From Candidatus Eiseniibacteriota bacterium (GTDB lineage Bacteria > Eisenbacteria > RBG-16-71-46 > CAZAMP01): DNA of 64,000 bases. The first letter of the stretch is position 1. Each line of letters begins with the position of its first letter. The position numbers and the translations under genes are program-made. The DNA is taken from the NCBI GenBank assembly GCA_965224245.1, contig OZ245046.1:5024001-5088000 (forward strand), given 5' to 3'. Below, piece by piece: positions 29,186-38,797 of this stretch. A model generated the notes under the pieces. That model did not search any database, was not told the DNA's origin, and saw only the letters and a list, made by a program, of their open reading frames with translations.

Positions 29186-30564
29186 ACGACCCGACGGCCC
29201 GCAACAACCGGATCCTGATCGTGGACGATCAGGAGCAGATCCACGCCGACTACCGGAAGATCCTGGTCCTGGAGGACGTGGCCACGCGCGAGTTCGTCTC
29301 GGCGGAGGCCGACTTCTTCGGCGAGGCCGCGACCACGCGATCGCTTCCGGAGTACGAGATCGAGTCCGCGTACCAGGGGACCGAGGCCGTCGATCTCATC
29401 GAGGCCGCCTGTGCGGCCCGCCGGCCGTACGCGATGGCCTTCATGGACGTTCGCATGCCCCCCGGCATCGACGGCGTCGAGACCACACGACGGGTCTTCG
29501 AGGTCGACTCCGAGATCCAGATCGTGATCTCCACCGCCTACGCGGACTACGCCTGGGAGGACATCTACGGCGAGTTCGGCTCGAACGATCGGATGCTGTT
29601 TCTCCGAAAGCCGTTCGACACGGTGGAGGTTCACCAGGTCGCGAGCACGCTCACCGAGAAGTGGACGCTGGCACGACGGGCCAACCTCCGGCTCGACGAG
29701 CTGGAGTCACTCGTGGAGCAACGCACGAGCGAGCTGGAGCACGCGCTCTCCGATCTGAGGACGGCCCAGGCACAGATCGTCCAGGCCGAGCGCATGAGCG
29801 CCATCGGGAAGCTGGTGGCCGGCCTGGCCCACGAGCTGAACACGCCGCTCGGCGTCCTACGATCGGCGTTCGACGTGACCGAGCGGAGCGTGTCGATCAT
29901 CCGGGGCGCCGGAGCCACGCCGGGAGACGAGGGCGCGCCGATGGTCGCAGGCGGCATGGCGATCTCCGACACCGAACGCACGCGACGGGTGGAGAAGGCG
30001 TGGGCGGCCCTGACGCAGAACCAGCGCATGGCGGCCGAAGCCACCGAGCGCGTGTCCGAGCTCGTCGGCGAGCTGCGGAGCTTCAGTCGCCTGGACGAGG
30101 CCGAGAAGCAAGAGCTCGACCTCCGAGACGCGCTGGACAACACGCTCAACGTGCTGCGCGCGAGCATCCCCGATCGCGTGGAGATCGTCCGCGAGTACAC
30201 GGACACACCCCGGGTGACCGCTCACGCCCGTGAGCTGAACCAGGTCTTCCACAACCTGATCACGAACGCGGTTCGTGCCGTGGACGGCGACGGGCGCATC
30301 ACCCTCCGCGTCGCGCCCGACTCGTCGACCGGGGAGGTCGTCGTGGTCGTCGAGGACACCGGCCGCGGCATTCCCCCCGAGAGGCTGGCCACGCTCTTCG
30401 ACGTACAGTTCTCGGCCAGCTCCCGGGTCAAGATGGGGTGGGGGCTCGCGATCGGCCACCAGATCCTCCAGCGGCACGGAGGCTCACTCACCGCCACGAG
30501 CCGCCCCGGCGTGGGAAGCGCGTTCACGGTCCGATTGCCGGCGACGTCGGGCTGGACGGTCTAG
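29182..30564 (+). CDS. Hybrid receiver-histidine kinase
   Basis: GTG overlapping the upstream stop, AGGAGG upstream; RILIVDD, FMDVRMPPG, RKPF; LAHELNTPL; NLITNA; DTGRGI. Confidence 0.9.
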   Translation: MNDPTARNNRILIVDDQEQIHADYRKILVLEDVATREFVSAEADFFGEAATTRSLPEYEIESAYQGTEAVDLIEAACAARRPYAMAFMDVRMPPGIDGVETTRRVFEVDSEIQIVISTAYADYAWEDIYGEFGSNDRMLFLRKPFDTVEVHQVASTLTEKWTLARRANLRLDELESLVEQRTSELEHALSDLRTAQAQIVQAERMSAIGKLVAGLAHELNTPLGVLRSAFDVTERSVSIIRGAGATPGDEGAPMVAGGMAISDTERTRRVEKAWAALTQNQRMAAEATERVSELVGELRSFSRLDEAEKQELDLRDALDNTLNVLRASIPDRVEIVREYTDTPRVTAHARELNQVFHNLITNAVRAVDGDGRITLRVAPDSSTGEVVVVVEDTGRGIPPERLATLFDVQFSASSRVKMGWGLAIGHQILQRHGGSLTATSRPGVGSAFTVRLPATSGWTV

Positions 30565-31268
30565 AAGCGTCCCGGGTACAGAACGTCGATCGCCAGCGAG
30601 AAGGCCGGGCGTACCAGGAACTGCGACAGCCGCCACGCCAGGAACAGACCCACGAACGCGATCGGACCGCCCCGCATGAACTCGTTCACCGCCCGGGCGC
30701 GATCGTCGGAGAGGAACAGCCCCAGGACGGTGATGCCGTCCAGCGGCGGTACGGGGATCAGATTGAACACGCCCAGCCACAGGTTGAGCGCGAACAGGAT
30801 GCTGAGACCGATGGCCAGCGGGTGGGGGGCGCCGGGCTCGGGTCCGGCGACGATCGAGACGAAGCTGATCGTGTTCGGCATGCTCAGCGCACCGGTCATG
30901 ATCAGTGCGCGGATCAGGATCCCCACCACCACCACGATCGCGAAGTTGGCCAGAGGTCCGGCCAGCGCCATCCACGCGGCGCGACGGGGATGGCGATACT
31001 GCCAGCGCGCGTCGAACGGCGCGCTCGCCCACCCGATCATGAAGCCCATCCAGAGATAGCTGACGATGGGGACGATGATCGTCCCCAGCGGCTCGCGCCG
31101 CATGTGGGGCATCGGATTCAGGGTCAGCGAGCCCGCGGCGTACGCGGTGAGGTCGCCGCCGCGCTTCGCGGCCCACGCGTGCGCGGCCTCGTGGCACGTG
31201 AAGGAGAACAGGAAGCACACGTACCAGATGATACCCAGGGCAACGATGTTCGGATCGTAGGCGTCCAT
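30561..31268 (-). CDS. Site-2 protease (M50 family)
   Basis: HEAAH, AGPLAN, FNLIPVPPLDG. Confidence 0.93.
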   Translation of the reverse strand: MDAYDPNIVALGIIWYVCFLFSFTCHEAAHAWAAKRGGDLTAYAAGSLTLNPMPHMRREPLGTIIVPIVSYLWMGFMIGWASAPFDARWQYRHPRRAAWMALAGPLANFAIVVVVGILIRALIMTGALSMPNTISFVSIVAGPEPGAPHPLAIGLSILFALNLWLGVFNLIPVPPLDGITVLGLFLSDDRARAVNEFMRGGPIAFVGLFLAWRLSQFLVRPAFSLAIDVLYPGRF

Positions 31269-31275
31269 GCGTGAG

Positions 31276-31298
31276 ATCCTAATCTCGCGTGCTATGAT
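31276..31298. promoter_or_regulatory. Back-to-back divergent -10 elements for the M50 protease and glgC
   Basis: Minus-strand TAGGAT at 31281-31276, 7 nt from the ATG; plus-strand TGCTATGAT at 31290-31298. Confidence 0.45.
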
Positions 31299-31390
31299 CC
31301 GCCAGTCCTATGCTGCGGTGTCCATCGAGCACGCCGTCCGACAGCGGGAGACGGCGACGGTGGACGACATGCATTCCCGGGGGAGCCGTC

Positions 31391-32665
31391 GTGGGTCAAT
31401 GGATGGACCGGGTCGGAGACGTCATCGTGGTCATCCTCGGTGGCGGCCGCGGAATGCGGCTCGATCCGCTCACCCGGATGCGAAGCAAGCCGGCGGTGCC
31501 CATCGCGGGCAAGTACCGGCTGATCGACATCCCGATCAGCAACTGCATCCACTCCCAGATGCGCCGCATGCTCCTCCTGACCCAGTTCAACTCGATCTCG
31601 CTGCACCGTCACATCTCGTCCACGTACAAGTTCGACCCGTTCTCGCGGGGCTTCGTCGAGATCGTGGCCGCTCAGCAGACCCCGGAAGGACAGCGGTGGT
31701 TCCAGGGCACGGCCGACGCCGTCCGACAGAACCTCCACCTCATTCGCGAGCTGCGCGGCGACCGCGTGCTGATCCTGGCCGGTGACCACATGTACCGCGC
31801 CGACTACCGGGAGATGCTCTTCGATCACCTCGAGCACGACGCCGACATCTCCATCGCCGTCTACCCGTGTGGTCGCGCCGAGATCGCCGGCTTCGGCGCG
31901 GTTCGCGTGGACGAGAGCGGCCGGATCGTCGAGTTCCGCGAGAAGCCAAAGGACGATGCGGCGCTCGCGGGCATGGAGGTGGCCGACTCGCTGCGCGCCA
32001 GTCACGGCGTCAGCGCGGCCAAGCCCTACCTGGGGTCGATGGGGATCTACATGTTCAAGAAGGACGTTCTCATCGAGTGTCTCGCGAACGACCTCGTGGA
32101 CTTCGGAAGCCACATCATCCCGGCCGCGGTCGGCGAGCGAACGGTGCAGGCATACTTCTTCGACGGGTACTGGCGCGACATCGGAACGATCGGCGCCTTC
32201 TACCATGCGCACATGGATCTGCTCGAGATGGAGCCGCAGTTCGACTTCAACGACTCGAAGTGGCCCTTTTACACCCACCCGCGCTACCTGCCGGGCGCCC
32301 GGCTGGACCGCACCACGTTCTCGCGGAGCGTCCTGTCCGAGGGAACGCGGGTGAGCGAATCCACCATCGAGCATTCGATCATCGGGCTGGGGATGACCAT
32401 CCGGGCGTCCACGGTGAAGGACTCACTGATCATGGGCGTCGACGCGATCACGCCGCACCCTCCGGCGGGGGCGCCGCCGATCGGCATCGGCGCCGGGAGC
32501 CACGTGGAGCGGGCGATCATCGACAAGAACGCACGCATCGGTCGCAACGTGAGCATCGTGAACGCCGACCACGTCGACGAGGGAGATGGCGAGGGCTGGG
32601 CGATCCGGGACGGGATCGTGATCGTACCCAAGAACGCGATCATTCCCGACGGCACGGTGATCTGA
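31391..32665 (+). CDS. glgC: Glucose-1-phosphate adenylyltransferase
   Basis: ILGGGRGMRLDPLT..RSKPAVP, WFQGTADAV, GDHMY, FREKP, SMGIY, YWRDIGT, AIIDKNARIG. Confidence 0.96.
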   Translation: MGQWMDRVGDVIVVILGGGRGMRLDPLTRMRSKPAVPIAGKYRLIDIPISNCIHSQMRRMLLLTQFNSISLHRHISSTYKFDPFSRGFVEIVAAQQTPEGQRWFQGTADAVRQNLHLIRELRGDRVLILAGDHMYRADYREMLFDHLEHDADISIAVYPCGRAEIAGFGAVRVDESGRIVEFREKPKDDAALAGMEVADSLRASHGVSAAKPYLGSMGIYMFKKDVLIECLANDLVDFGSHIIPAAVGERTVQAYFFDGYWRDIGTIGAFYHAHMDLLEMEPQFDFNDSKWPFYTHPRYLPGARLDRTTFSRSVLSEGTRVSESTIEHSIIGLGMTIRASTVKDSLIMGVDAITPHPPAGAPPIGIGAGSHVERAIIDKNARIGRNVSIVNADHVDEGDGEGWAIRDGIVIVPKNAIIPDGTVI

Positions 32666-32906
32666 GCTCACCGGCGTCCTCGCGAGCCCCGGACGCCGAC
32701 ACGAGGCCCGACTCACTGGACGATGAGCCTCGGACGTGTGGTCTCTGGACGAGGCGACCCGCCGAGCTCCTACGACGGCAGCCGGGCCGAGCTCGTTCCC
32801 ATGCCCCGGTCGACGCCACGGTCGGGTTCCGGCTATCATCCCCCGGCTCTGGACGAGACCGGCCGGTGCGATCCGGCCGGCGCCTCAGCGTGGGAGGAGA
32901 CGCGGG

Positions 32907-34682
32907 ATGAGCTCGAACGACGTCAACCGGCAGAGTCGGATCGCGCAATGGGCGTTCGACACACGCGGCGTGCTCGGTCGCTTCCATCTGTGGCTGGAGG
33001 ACGTGGACGAGGTCTTCGAGCTCGGTACGGCGGACATGCCCACCTTCACCGGCTCGGCGCTCGAGCGCGGGCTCGTGATGACGACCGCGGTCACCGCCCT
33101 CGGGACGCGACTCTTCGGCAGCCATGGCGAGGGCGCCGGGACCGACAAGGCCACCCTGAACCGGGTGAAGAAGGACGCCGACGCCGTCTCCGCCTACGCG
33201 ATGAGCGAGGGGCTCTGGTATCTCACCCGGGCGCTCCCCGAGAATCACGCGGTCATGGTCTCGCTCGGCGAGGGCCTGATGCCCAAGGCCGGCGAGACGC
33301 CGGAGATGGGCTCGAATCCCCTGCTCGGCTTCGGGCGCGTGTATGCGCGGCCCGAGGTCGCGCGCTACCTGGACGACCGCGTTCGCGAGCTCCTGAACGA
33401 CGACGGATACGGGTGGGCGGACTTCTGGCGGGACGTCAACGACCGGGGCCTGACCGTGTGGGGCGCCGCGATCGACACCCTCGAGAACACCTCGCGCTTC
33501 GCGAAGGGCAGCTCGACCGGACCGATGGCGGTGCTGCACCTGTTCGATCAGCCGTTGAACGTGGCCAAGCCCTACGAGGGCTACATGGGCTCCCTGACGC
33601 TTCCCAACGCGGTCGTCGCCGAGGCCGAGAAACGGGCGATCCTGTGCGACTACCGCACGCCGCGGGCGAAGGTGCTCGAATGTGCGCTGGCCGCGTATCC
33701 GGGTCTCACGGCCGAGAACGTGCACGTGTGGACGCTGGGCGGCCCCTCGCGCCAGGCGCGGCTCGGGGGTCTGTGGGACGCCTGGCGGTCGCTCGGCGTT
33801 CACGTGGTCGAAGACGGCTGGCGTCTGCCGGGTGGCGGGGAGACCTTCAACGAGTCCGGTACCTACGCGCCGATCTACCGTGTGGGTCCGCTCGACGTGG
33901 ACGGCGAGACGCATCTGTTCCTCTGCGACGGCTACGCCGCGTCGGCCGAAGCGATTCAGGCCGCGAGCCTGGATCCCGTCCTCGACGTGACCACGTCGAT
34001 GGTGCTGTTCTCGTCCGAGTTCGAGGTCTCGTGCGAACGCGAGTCCGAGGTCATGGGGCTCTCGCCGGACGAAGCCTCGTTCGCGCGGGATCTCGCCGCC
34101 GTTCTCGGCCGAGACGTCGACGCCTTGCTCGAGTCGACGTACGCGTCGATCATCCGGCACGCCGCCTCGGCGAACCTGCCGCTGGGGAAGCGCACGCTGA
34201 CCATCGACGACGTGATCCCGATGAAGCAGTGGCGCGTCCTCGCGCTCTCGGGGTGCATGTGCCCCGACCCGTACTCGGGCATGCCGGGCGTGGAGGAGGT
34301 CGCCCCCTCCACGTTTCGGGTGACGGTTCGGGCCGCCACCCGGCAGAAGTGCCGCCGCGTGACGCTCACGCTCCGTCTGATGGAGTCGATGGACGAGTCT
34401 CGACGCGTCTTCTCGCCGCTCCTGGATCGGTTCTACGCCGGAGAGAACTACCGCCAGCGCCCGGTCAAGATCTCCGACTCGGGTCGGATCCGGAACGAGC
34501 TCATGACGTGGTGCTCCGAGGCGCTGGAGTTCAACGCCGACGGCACCATCGGGGTCGATCTCGCGCGTGTCGACGATGCGGTGCTTCCTCCGGACAAGAA
34601 GACGTTCGTGATGGACGTGCTACGCTGGTACCACACGGAGCATCCGTTCTGGTTCAAGTGGCTCTCGCTCTCGGACGGCTGA
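32907..34682 (+). CDS. Divergent GlpX-like (class II FBPase/SBPase fold) phosphatase with a long C-terminal extension
   Basis: KKDADAVSAYAM, VSLGEG, AIDTLENT, YMG, VVEDG, SAEAIQAA run colinear with the GlpX motifs; GGAGG RBS. Confidence 0.65.
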   Translation: MSSNDVNRQSRIAQWAFDTRGVLGRFHLWLEDVDEVFELGTADMPTFTGSALERGLVMTTAVTALGTRLFGSHGEGAGTDKATLNRVKKDADAVSAYAMSEGLWYLTRALPENHAVMVSLGEGLMPKAGETPEMGSNPLLGFGRVYARPEVARYLDDRVRELLNDDGYGWADFWRDVNDRGLTVWGAAIDTLENTSRFAKGSSTGPMAVLHLFDQPLNVAKPYEGYMGSLTLPNAVVAEAEKRAILCDYRTPRAKVLECALAAYPGLTAENVHVWTLGGPSRQARLGGLWDAWRSLGVHVVEDGWRLPGGGETFNESGTYAPIYRVGPLDVDGETHLFLCDGYAASAEAIQAASLDPVLDVTTSMVLFSSEFEVSCERESEVMGLSPDEASFARDLAAVLGRDVDALLESTYASIIRHAASANLPLGKRTLTIDDVIPMKQWRVLALSGCMCPDPYSGMPGVEEVAPSTFRVTVRAATRQKCRRVTLTLRLMESMDESRRVFSPLLDRFYAGENYRQRPVKISDSGRIRNELMTWCSEALEFNADGTIGVDLARVDDAVLPPDKKTFVMDVLRWYHTEHPFWFKWLSLSDG

Positions 34683-34794
34683 CCGACGATCGACGGACGA
34701 AGGGCTCGCCGACCCACGCGGAGGTCGACCCGCGGGTGGGCAGGCCGTCGACGTCGATTCGGCGCCGATCCCGGCCGACACGGACACGGACACC

Positions 34795-35898
34795 ATGATC
34801 ACACGCTCGACATCCGGCTCCTCGCGGCCCCGAATCTCGGTCGCGCCGATGATGGACCACACCGACCGGCACTGCCGTTACTTTCACCGGCTCCTCTCTC
34901 GTCGCACGATGCTCTATGCCGAGATGATCAGTCCCGGCGCCATCCTCTTCGGGGATCGCGAACGCTTCCTCCGGTTCGACGAATCCGAGCATCCGGTCGC
35001 GGCGCAGCTCGGGGGCAGCGACGCGGCACAGATGGCCGCGAGCGCCGCCATCGTGACCGAGTTCGGCTACGACGAGGTGAACGTGAACGTCGGCTGCCCG
35101 AGCGACCGGGTTCAGTCGGGGAAGTTCGGCGCCTGCCTGATGAAGGAACCGGCCCTGGTGGCCGACTGCATCCGGGCGATGCGAGACGCGACCGACATCC
35201 CGGTCACGGTGAAGTCCCGCATCGGCGTGGACGACCACGACGCGTACGAGGACCTGGCCGAGTTCGTGTCCGCGGTCGCGGCGGCGGGGTGCCGGACGTT
35301 CATCGTGCACGCACGCAAGGCGTGGCTCGAGGGGCTCAGCCCGAAGCAGAATCGCGAGGTGCCCCCGCTTCGCTACGACGTCGTGTTCCGTCTGAAACGG
35401 GACTTCCCGGGGCTGAACATCGAGATCAACGGCGGCGTGACGTCGCTCGATCAGGCGGAGATGCTCCTGGCCGAGACCACCGGGGTGAGGCTCGACGGCG
35501 TGATGATCGGACGGGAGGCGTACTCGAATCCGTGGATCCTGGCCGACGTGGATCGGCGCTTCTACGGCGAGCCCGAGGTCTCACGCTCACGCCTGGACAT
35601 CCTCGAGGCGTACCTGCCGTACGTGGCCGCCGAGCGCGCGGCAGGTGTCCGTCTGGCACCTCTCGTCAAGCCGATCCTGGGTCTGTTCCAGGGGCAGCCG
35701 GGTGCGAGGCGGTGGCGGCGGGGCCTGAGCGAGTCGGTTCCGCCGGATGCGGGCGCGGAGTTCGTCAGAGCGTGCGCCGCGCACGTGCGATCGGCCGGCA
35801 CGTCGCGGCCGGGCGCCTCGCGCTCTCCGATCGAGCGTGACGAGGGCCGCGAGCGTGACCGCGATCGCGTATGCGGACGCGCCACGCGCACCGGCTAG
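34795..35898 (+). CDS. dusA: tRNA-dihydrouridine synthase A
   Basis: VAPMMDHTDRH, QLGGSD, NVGCPSDRV, VKSRIG, HARKAWL, NGG, GVMIGR. Confidence 0.95.
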   Translation: MITRSTSGSSRPRISVAPMMDHTDRHCRYFHRLLSRRTMLYAEMISPGAILFGDRERFLRFDESEHPVAAQLGGSDAAQMAASAAIVTEFGYDEVNVNVGCPSDRVQSGKFGACLMKEPALVADCIRAMRDATDIPVTVKSRIGVDDHDAYEDLAEFVSAVAAAGCRTFIVHARKAWLEGLSPKQNREVPPLRYDVVFRLKRDFPGLNIEINGGVTSLDQAEMLLAETTGVRLDGVMIGREAYSNPWILADVDRRFYGEPEVSRSRLDILEAYLPYVAAERAAGVRLAPLVKPILGLFQGQPGARRWRRGLSESVPPDAGAEFVRACAAHVRSAGTSRPGASRSPIERDEGRERDRDRVCGRATRTG

Positions 35899-35963
35899 CG
35901 CGGAGCGCCCGCCGCCACGACCACGCACCGGACCGACCCGCCGCCCGGAGAGCGACAGTCCGA

Positions 35964-36842
35964 TCAGTGTCGCGATACGTCGATCCGGTTCGCGATCGTC
36001 CCGATCCCGTCCACGGTGCACTCGACGAGATCGCCGGCGCGCAGGAAGCGCGGGGGTGTCTCGGCCACTCCCACCCCGGCGGGGGTGCCGGTTGCGATGA
36101 CGTCACCGGGAAGCAGCTCCACCACCGCGGAGATTGCCGCGAGCGCGTCCGCGACGCCGAAGATCATGTCCGACGTGCCGGCGCGCTGCACAACCGCACC
36201 GTTGACCCGGCACTCGATCGAGAGATCCTGCGGATCGGACAGCTCGTCCGAGGTGACGATCCAGGGGCCCATCGGACACGACCGGGGCAGGCTCTTGCTC
36301 AGGTAGTACTGGCGATGTCGCTCCTGGAGGTCGCGCGCGGTCACGTCGTTGACCACGGCGTAGCCGAACACGTGCCCCAGCGCGCGCTCGCGCGGAACGC
36401 GATGCGCGGCGTGACCCACCACGACCGCGAGCTCGACCTCGTGATCGAGCGCGTGGGCGAGGCTCTCGTCCACCGCGATCGGGTCGAACGGTCCGGTGAG
36501 GCTGTCGCCGGACTTCGCGAACACGATGGGCGCCTCGGGGAGCCGGATCGGTCGCCCGCGAGACGCGTAGATCTCCTCGGCATGGCCTCGGTAGTTCAGT
36601 CCGAGCGCGAGAAACGACCGGGGGCTCTCGATCGGGGTCTCGAGCGAGACGTCGTCGAGCGACATCGCGCGGTTGCTTCCGACCCAGGCGGCGACGCGTT
36701 CGCCGCGATCGCGGCCGCTCAGAGCCGTGATCACGTCGCGCATCGCGGACGGCGCGTCGTCTCCGTCGAGGAGGGTGACCGAATCGCCGTCCACGATCCC
36801 GATCCGGGTCCGTCCCTCGCTCCGGACACGAGCCCACTTCAC
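35964..36842 (-). CDS. Fumarylacetoacetate hydrolase family protein
   Basis: GLNY..H, DHEVEL, NDVTARD, SKS, GDVIATGTPAGVG. Confidence 0.93.
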   Translation of the reverse strand: MKWARVRSEGRTRIGIVDGDSVTLLDGDDAPSAMRDVITALSGRDRGERVAAWVGSNRAMSLDDVSLETPIESPRSFLALGLNYRGHAEEIYASRGRPIRLPEAPIVFAKSGDSLTGPFDPIAVDESLAHALDHEVELAVVVGHAAHRVPRERALGHVFGYAVVNDVTARDLQERHRQYYLSKSLPRSCPMGPWIVTSDELSDPQDLSIECRVNGAVVQRAGTSDMIFGVADALAAISAVVELLPGDVIATGTPAGVGVAETPPRFLRAGDLVECTVDGIGTIANRIDVSRH

Positions 36843-36854
36843 GGCGTCACGACC

Positions 36855-38135
36855 TCAGGTCGCGTCCTTCGCGAGACGGATGCCCGTGAACTGCCACCGT
36901 GCGCCCGGCGCGAAGAAGTTGCGATACGTGCTCCGGATGTGCGTGACCGACGTCGCGCACGACCCGCCCCGCAGCACCATCTGGTTGCACATGAACTTCC
37001 CGTTGTACTCGCCGAGCGCGCCTTCCGCGACGCGGTAGCCGGGATAGGGCGTGTACGGGCTCTGCGTCCACTCCCAGGTGTCTCCGAAGAGCTGCGCGGG
37101 ATGGTCGTCGGCCATGTCGTCGGTCGCGTCGGGATGGAGCTTCTCGGACTCGACGAAGTTGCCGCGGGTCGGGGCTCCCGATGCGGCGATCTCCCACTCC
37201 GCCTCGGTCGCGAGCCGCACGCCGGCCCAGCGCGCGTACGCGTCGGCCTCGAACAGACTCACGTGGGTGACCGGCCGGTGCGGATCCACCTCGGCGAACC
37301 CGTTCAGCGTCAGGTGATGCCAGCGACCGTCGATCTTCTCCCAGTACAGAGGGGCTCGCCAGCCCTGGGCGCCCACCGTGGCCCAGCCCTCCGACAGCCA
37401 GAGCTGCGGCGTCTGGTAGCCCCCGTCGTCGATGAAGCGAACGTACTCGCCCGCGGTGACCAGGCGGGACGCGAGCCGGAACGCATCCACGAACACGCGA
37501 TGGCGAGGTCCCTCGTTGTCGAAGGCGAACCCGTCGCCGTGGTGCCCGATCTCACGAATGCCCTCGTCGTACGCGTGCCACGCCATCGCTGCCGGCCTGG
37601 CCGCGGGCGGCGACGATCGCGCGCGATAGGCGGGCCGAAGCGGGTTGAACGACAACACGTGCTTGATGTCGGTGACGATCAGCTCCTGGTGCTGCTGCTC
37701 GTGTTGAAGCCCGATCTCGATCACCGCCGCCAGGGGGTGACCGGGATCCAGCGATCCCAGCAGTCGGGTCATCGCGTCGTCCACCTGCTCGCGATAGCGG
37801 AGCACGTCCGCCAGTCCGGGGCGCGAGACGAGCCCCCGTCGCGGTCTCGGATACTGGTCGCCGACGGTGTTGTAATACGAGTTGAAGAGGACGCGGTACG
37901 CGTCGTCGAAGGGCGTGTAACCCCTCACCGCGTCGGACAGCACGAACGTCTCGAAGAACCACGTCGTGTGCGCGAGGTGCCACTTGGTCGGCGACGCGTC
38001 GGTCATCGACTGGACCGTGCAGTCCTCCGGGGACAGCGGCTGGCGGATCCAGTCGGACATCGCGCGCACGGTGCGATACCGCTCGAGCAGCGTCCGGTTG
38101 GCCGACGCGACCGTCGGTTGGGCCATCGTGCCCAT
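36855..38135 (-). CDS. egtB: Ergothioneine biosynthesis sulfoxide synthase
   Basis: QSMTDASPTKWHLAHTTWFFE, FNSYY, HEQQHQEL; FGE-like C-terminus EYNGKFM..RGGS; AAGGAG RBS. Confidence 0.9.
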   Translation of the reverse strand: MGTMAQPTVASANRTLLERYRTVRAMSDWIRQPLSPEDCTVQSMTDASPTKWHLAHTTWFFETFVLSDAVRGYTPFDDAYRVLFNSYYNTVGDQYPRPRRGLVSRPGLADVLRYREQVDDAMTRLLGSLDPGHPLAAVIEIGLQHEQQHQELIVTDIKHVLSFNPLRPAYRARSSPPAARPAAMAWHAYDEGIREIGHHGDGFAFDNEGPRHRVFVDAFRLASRLVTAGEYVRFIDDGGYQTPQLWLSEGWATVGAQGWRAPLYWEKIDGRWHHLTLNGFAEVDPHRPVTHVSLFEADAYARWAGVRLATEAEWEIAASGAPTRGNFVESEKLHPDATDDMADDHPAQLFGDTWEWTQSPYTPYPGYRVAEGALGEYNGKFMCNQMVLRGGSCATSVTHIRSTYRNFFAPGARWQFTGIRLAKDAT

Positions 38136-38221
38136 CGAGGATACTCCTTGTCGAATGCGATCGGTGACGGGCGCGGCCAAACGCCGCGAACCCGGAAGCT
38201 CGTCCTGTGCGGGTGTCCCCG

Positions 38222-38695
38222 TCAGTGATCGGAATGCCCGGTCTCGTCGTCGTCGCCGTGGTCGCCGCCGACGCCGTTGGTGCCGGACCACCGCGCCAGC
38301 GCGTCGAGGTCGGCGTCGGTGAGGGTCGCGTCACGATGCAGCAGACGATACAGCTTCGGCGGCATGTGCCCCTCGGCGGCCTCCTCGAGGGACTCCTCGG
38401 CCATGTGACGCCGGCGTCCCGCCGGCACCTCGTGCCAGGTCGACAGATTCATCTTGGCGCGCGCCTCGGTCACGTCGTGGGAGATCAGCCACGAGACGGG
38501 AGCCACGTGCGCGTACCACGGCCGCTGCGTCCGATTCGAATGGCAGTCGTAGCACGCGCGTTCGAGTACGGCTCGCGCATCGGCGGGAATGTCGGGATCT
38601 CGGTGCTCCGGCGGATTCGAACGTTCGACTGGAACGACTTGAAACGCGGCGAGGACCACGACCACGAGCCCCACGACCTGATGACGACGACGCAT
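38222..38695 (-). CDS. Haem-binding domain protein (single c-type haem motif)
   Basis: N-terminal TM; ACYDCHSN.T.RPWY..VAPVSW; MPP..Y. Confidence 0.88.
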   Translation of the reverse strand: MRRRHQVVGLVVVVLAAFQVVPVERSNPPEHRDPDIPADARAVLERACYDCHSNRTQRPWYAHVAPVSWLISHDVTEARAKMNLSTWHEVPAGRRRHMAEESLEEAAEGHMPPKLYRLLHRDATLTDADLDALARWSGTNGVGGDHGDDDETGHSDH

Positions 38696-38797
38696 TGCCA
38701 GCATACCTTTCGAGTAGCGAGTCGAGAGTCTGGCAGCGCGGCCGGCCGGTGTAAAGCCCTCCCGGCCTCGGGGCTCGCGCGTCCGTCGAGGCCGACG

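Noticed and set aside
36855-38135. Selenoneine synthase SenA
   Set aside because: No senB/selD neighbours; motifs fit EgtB
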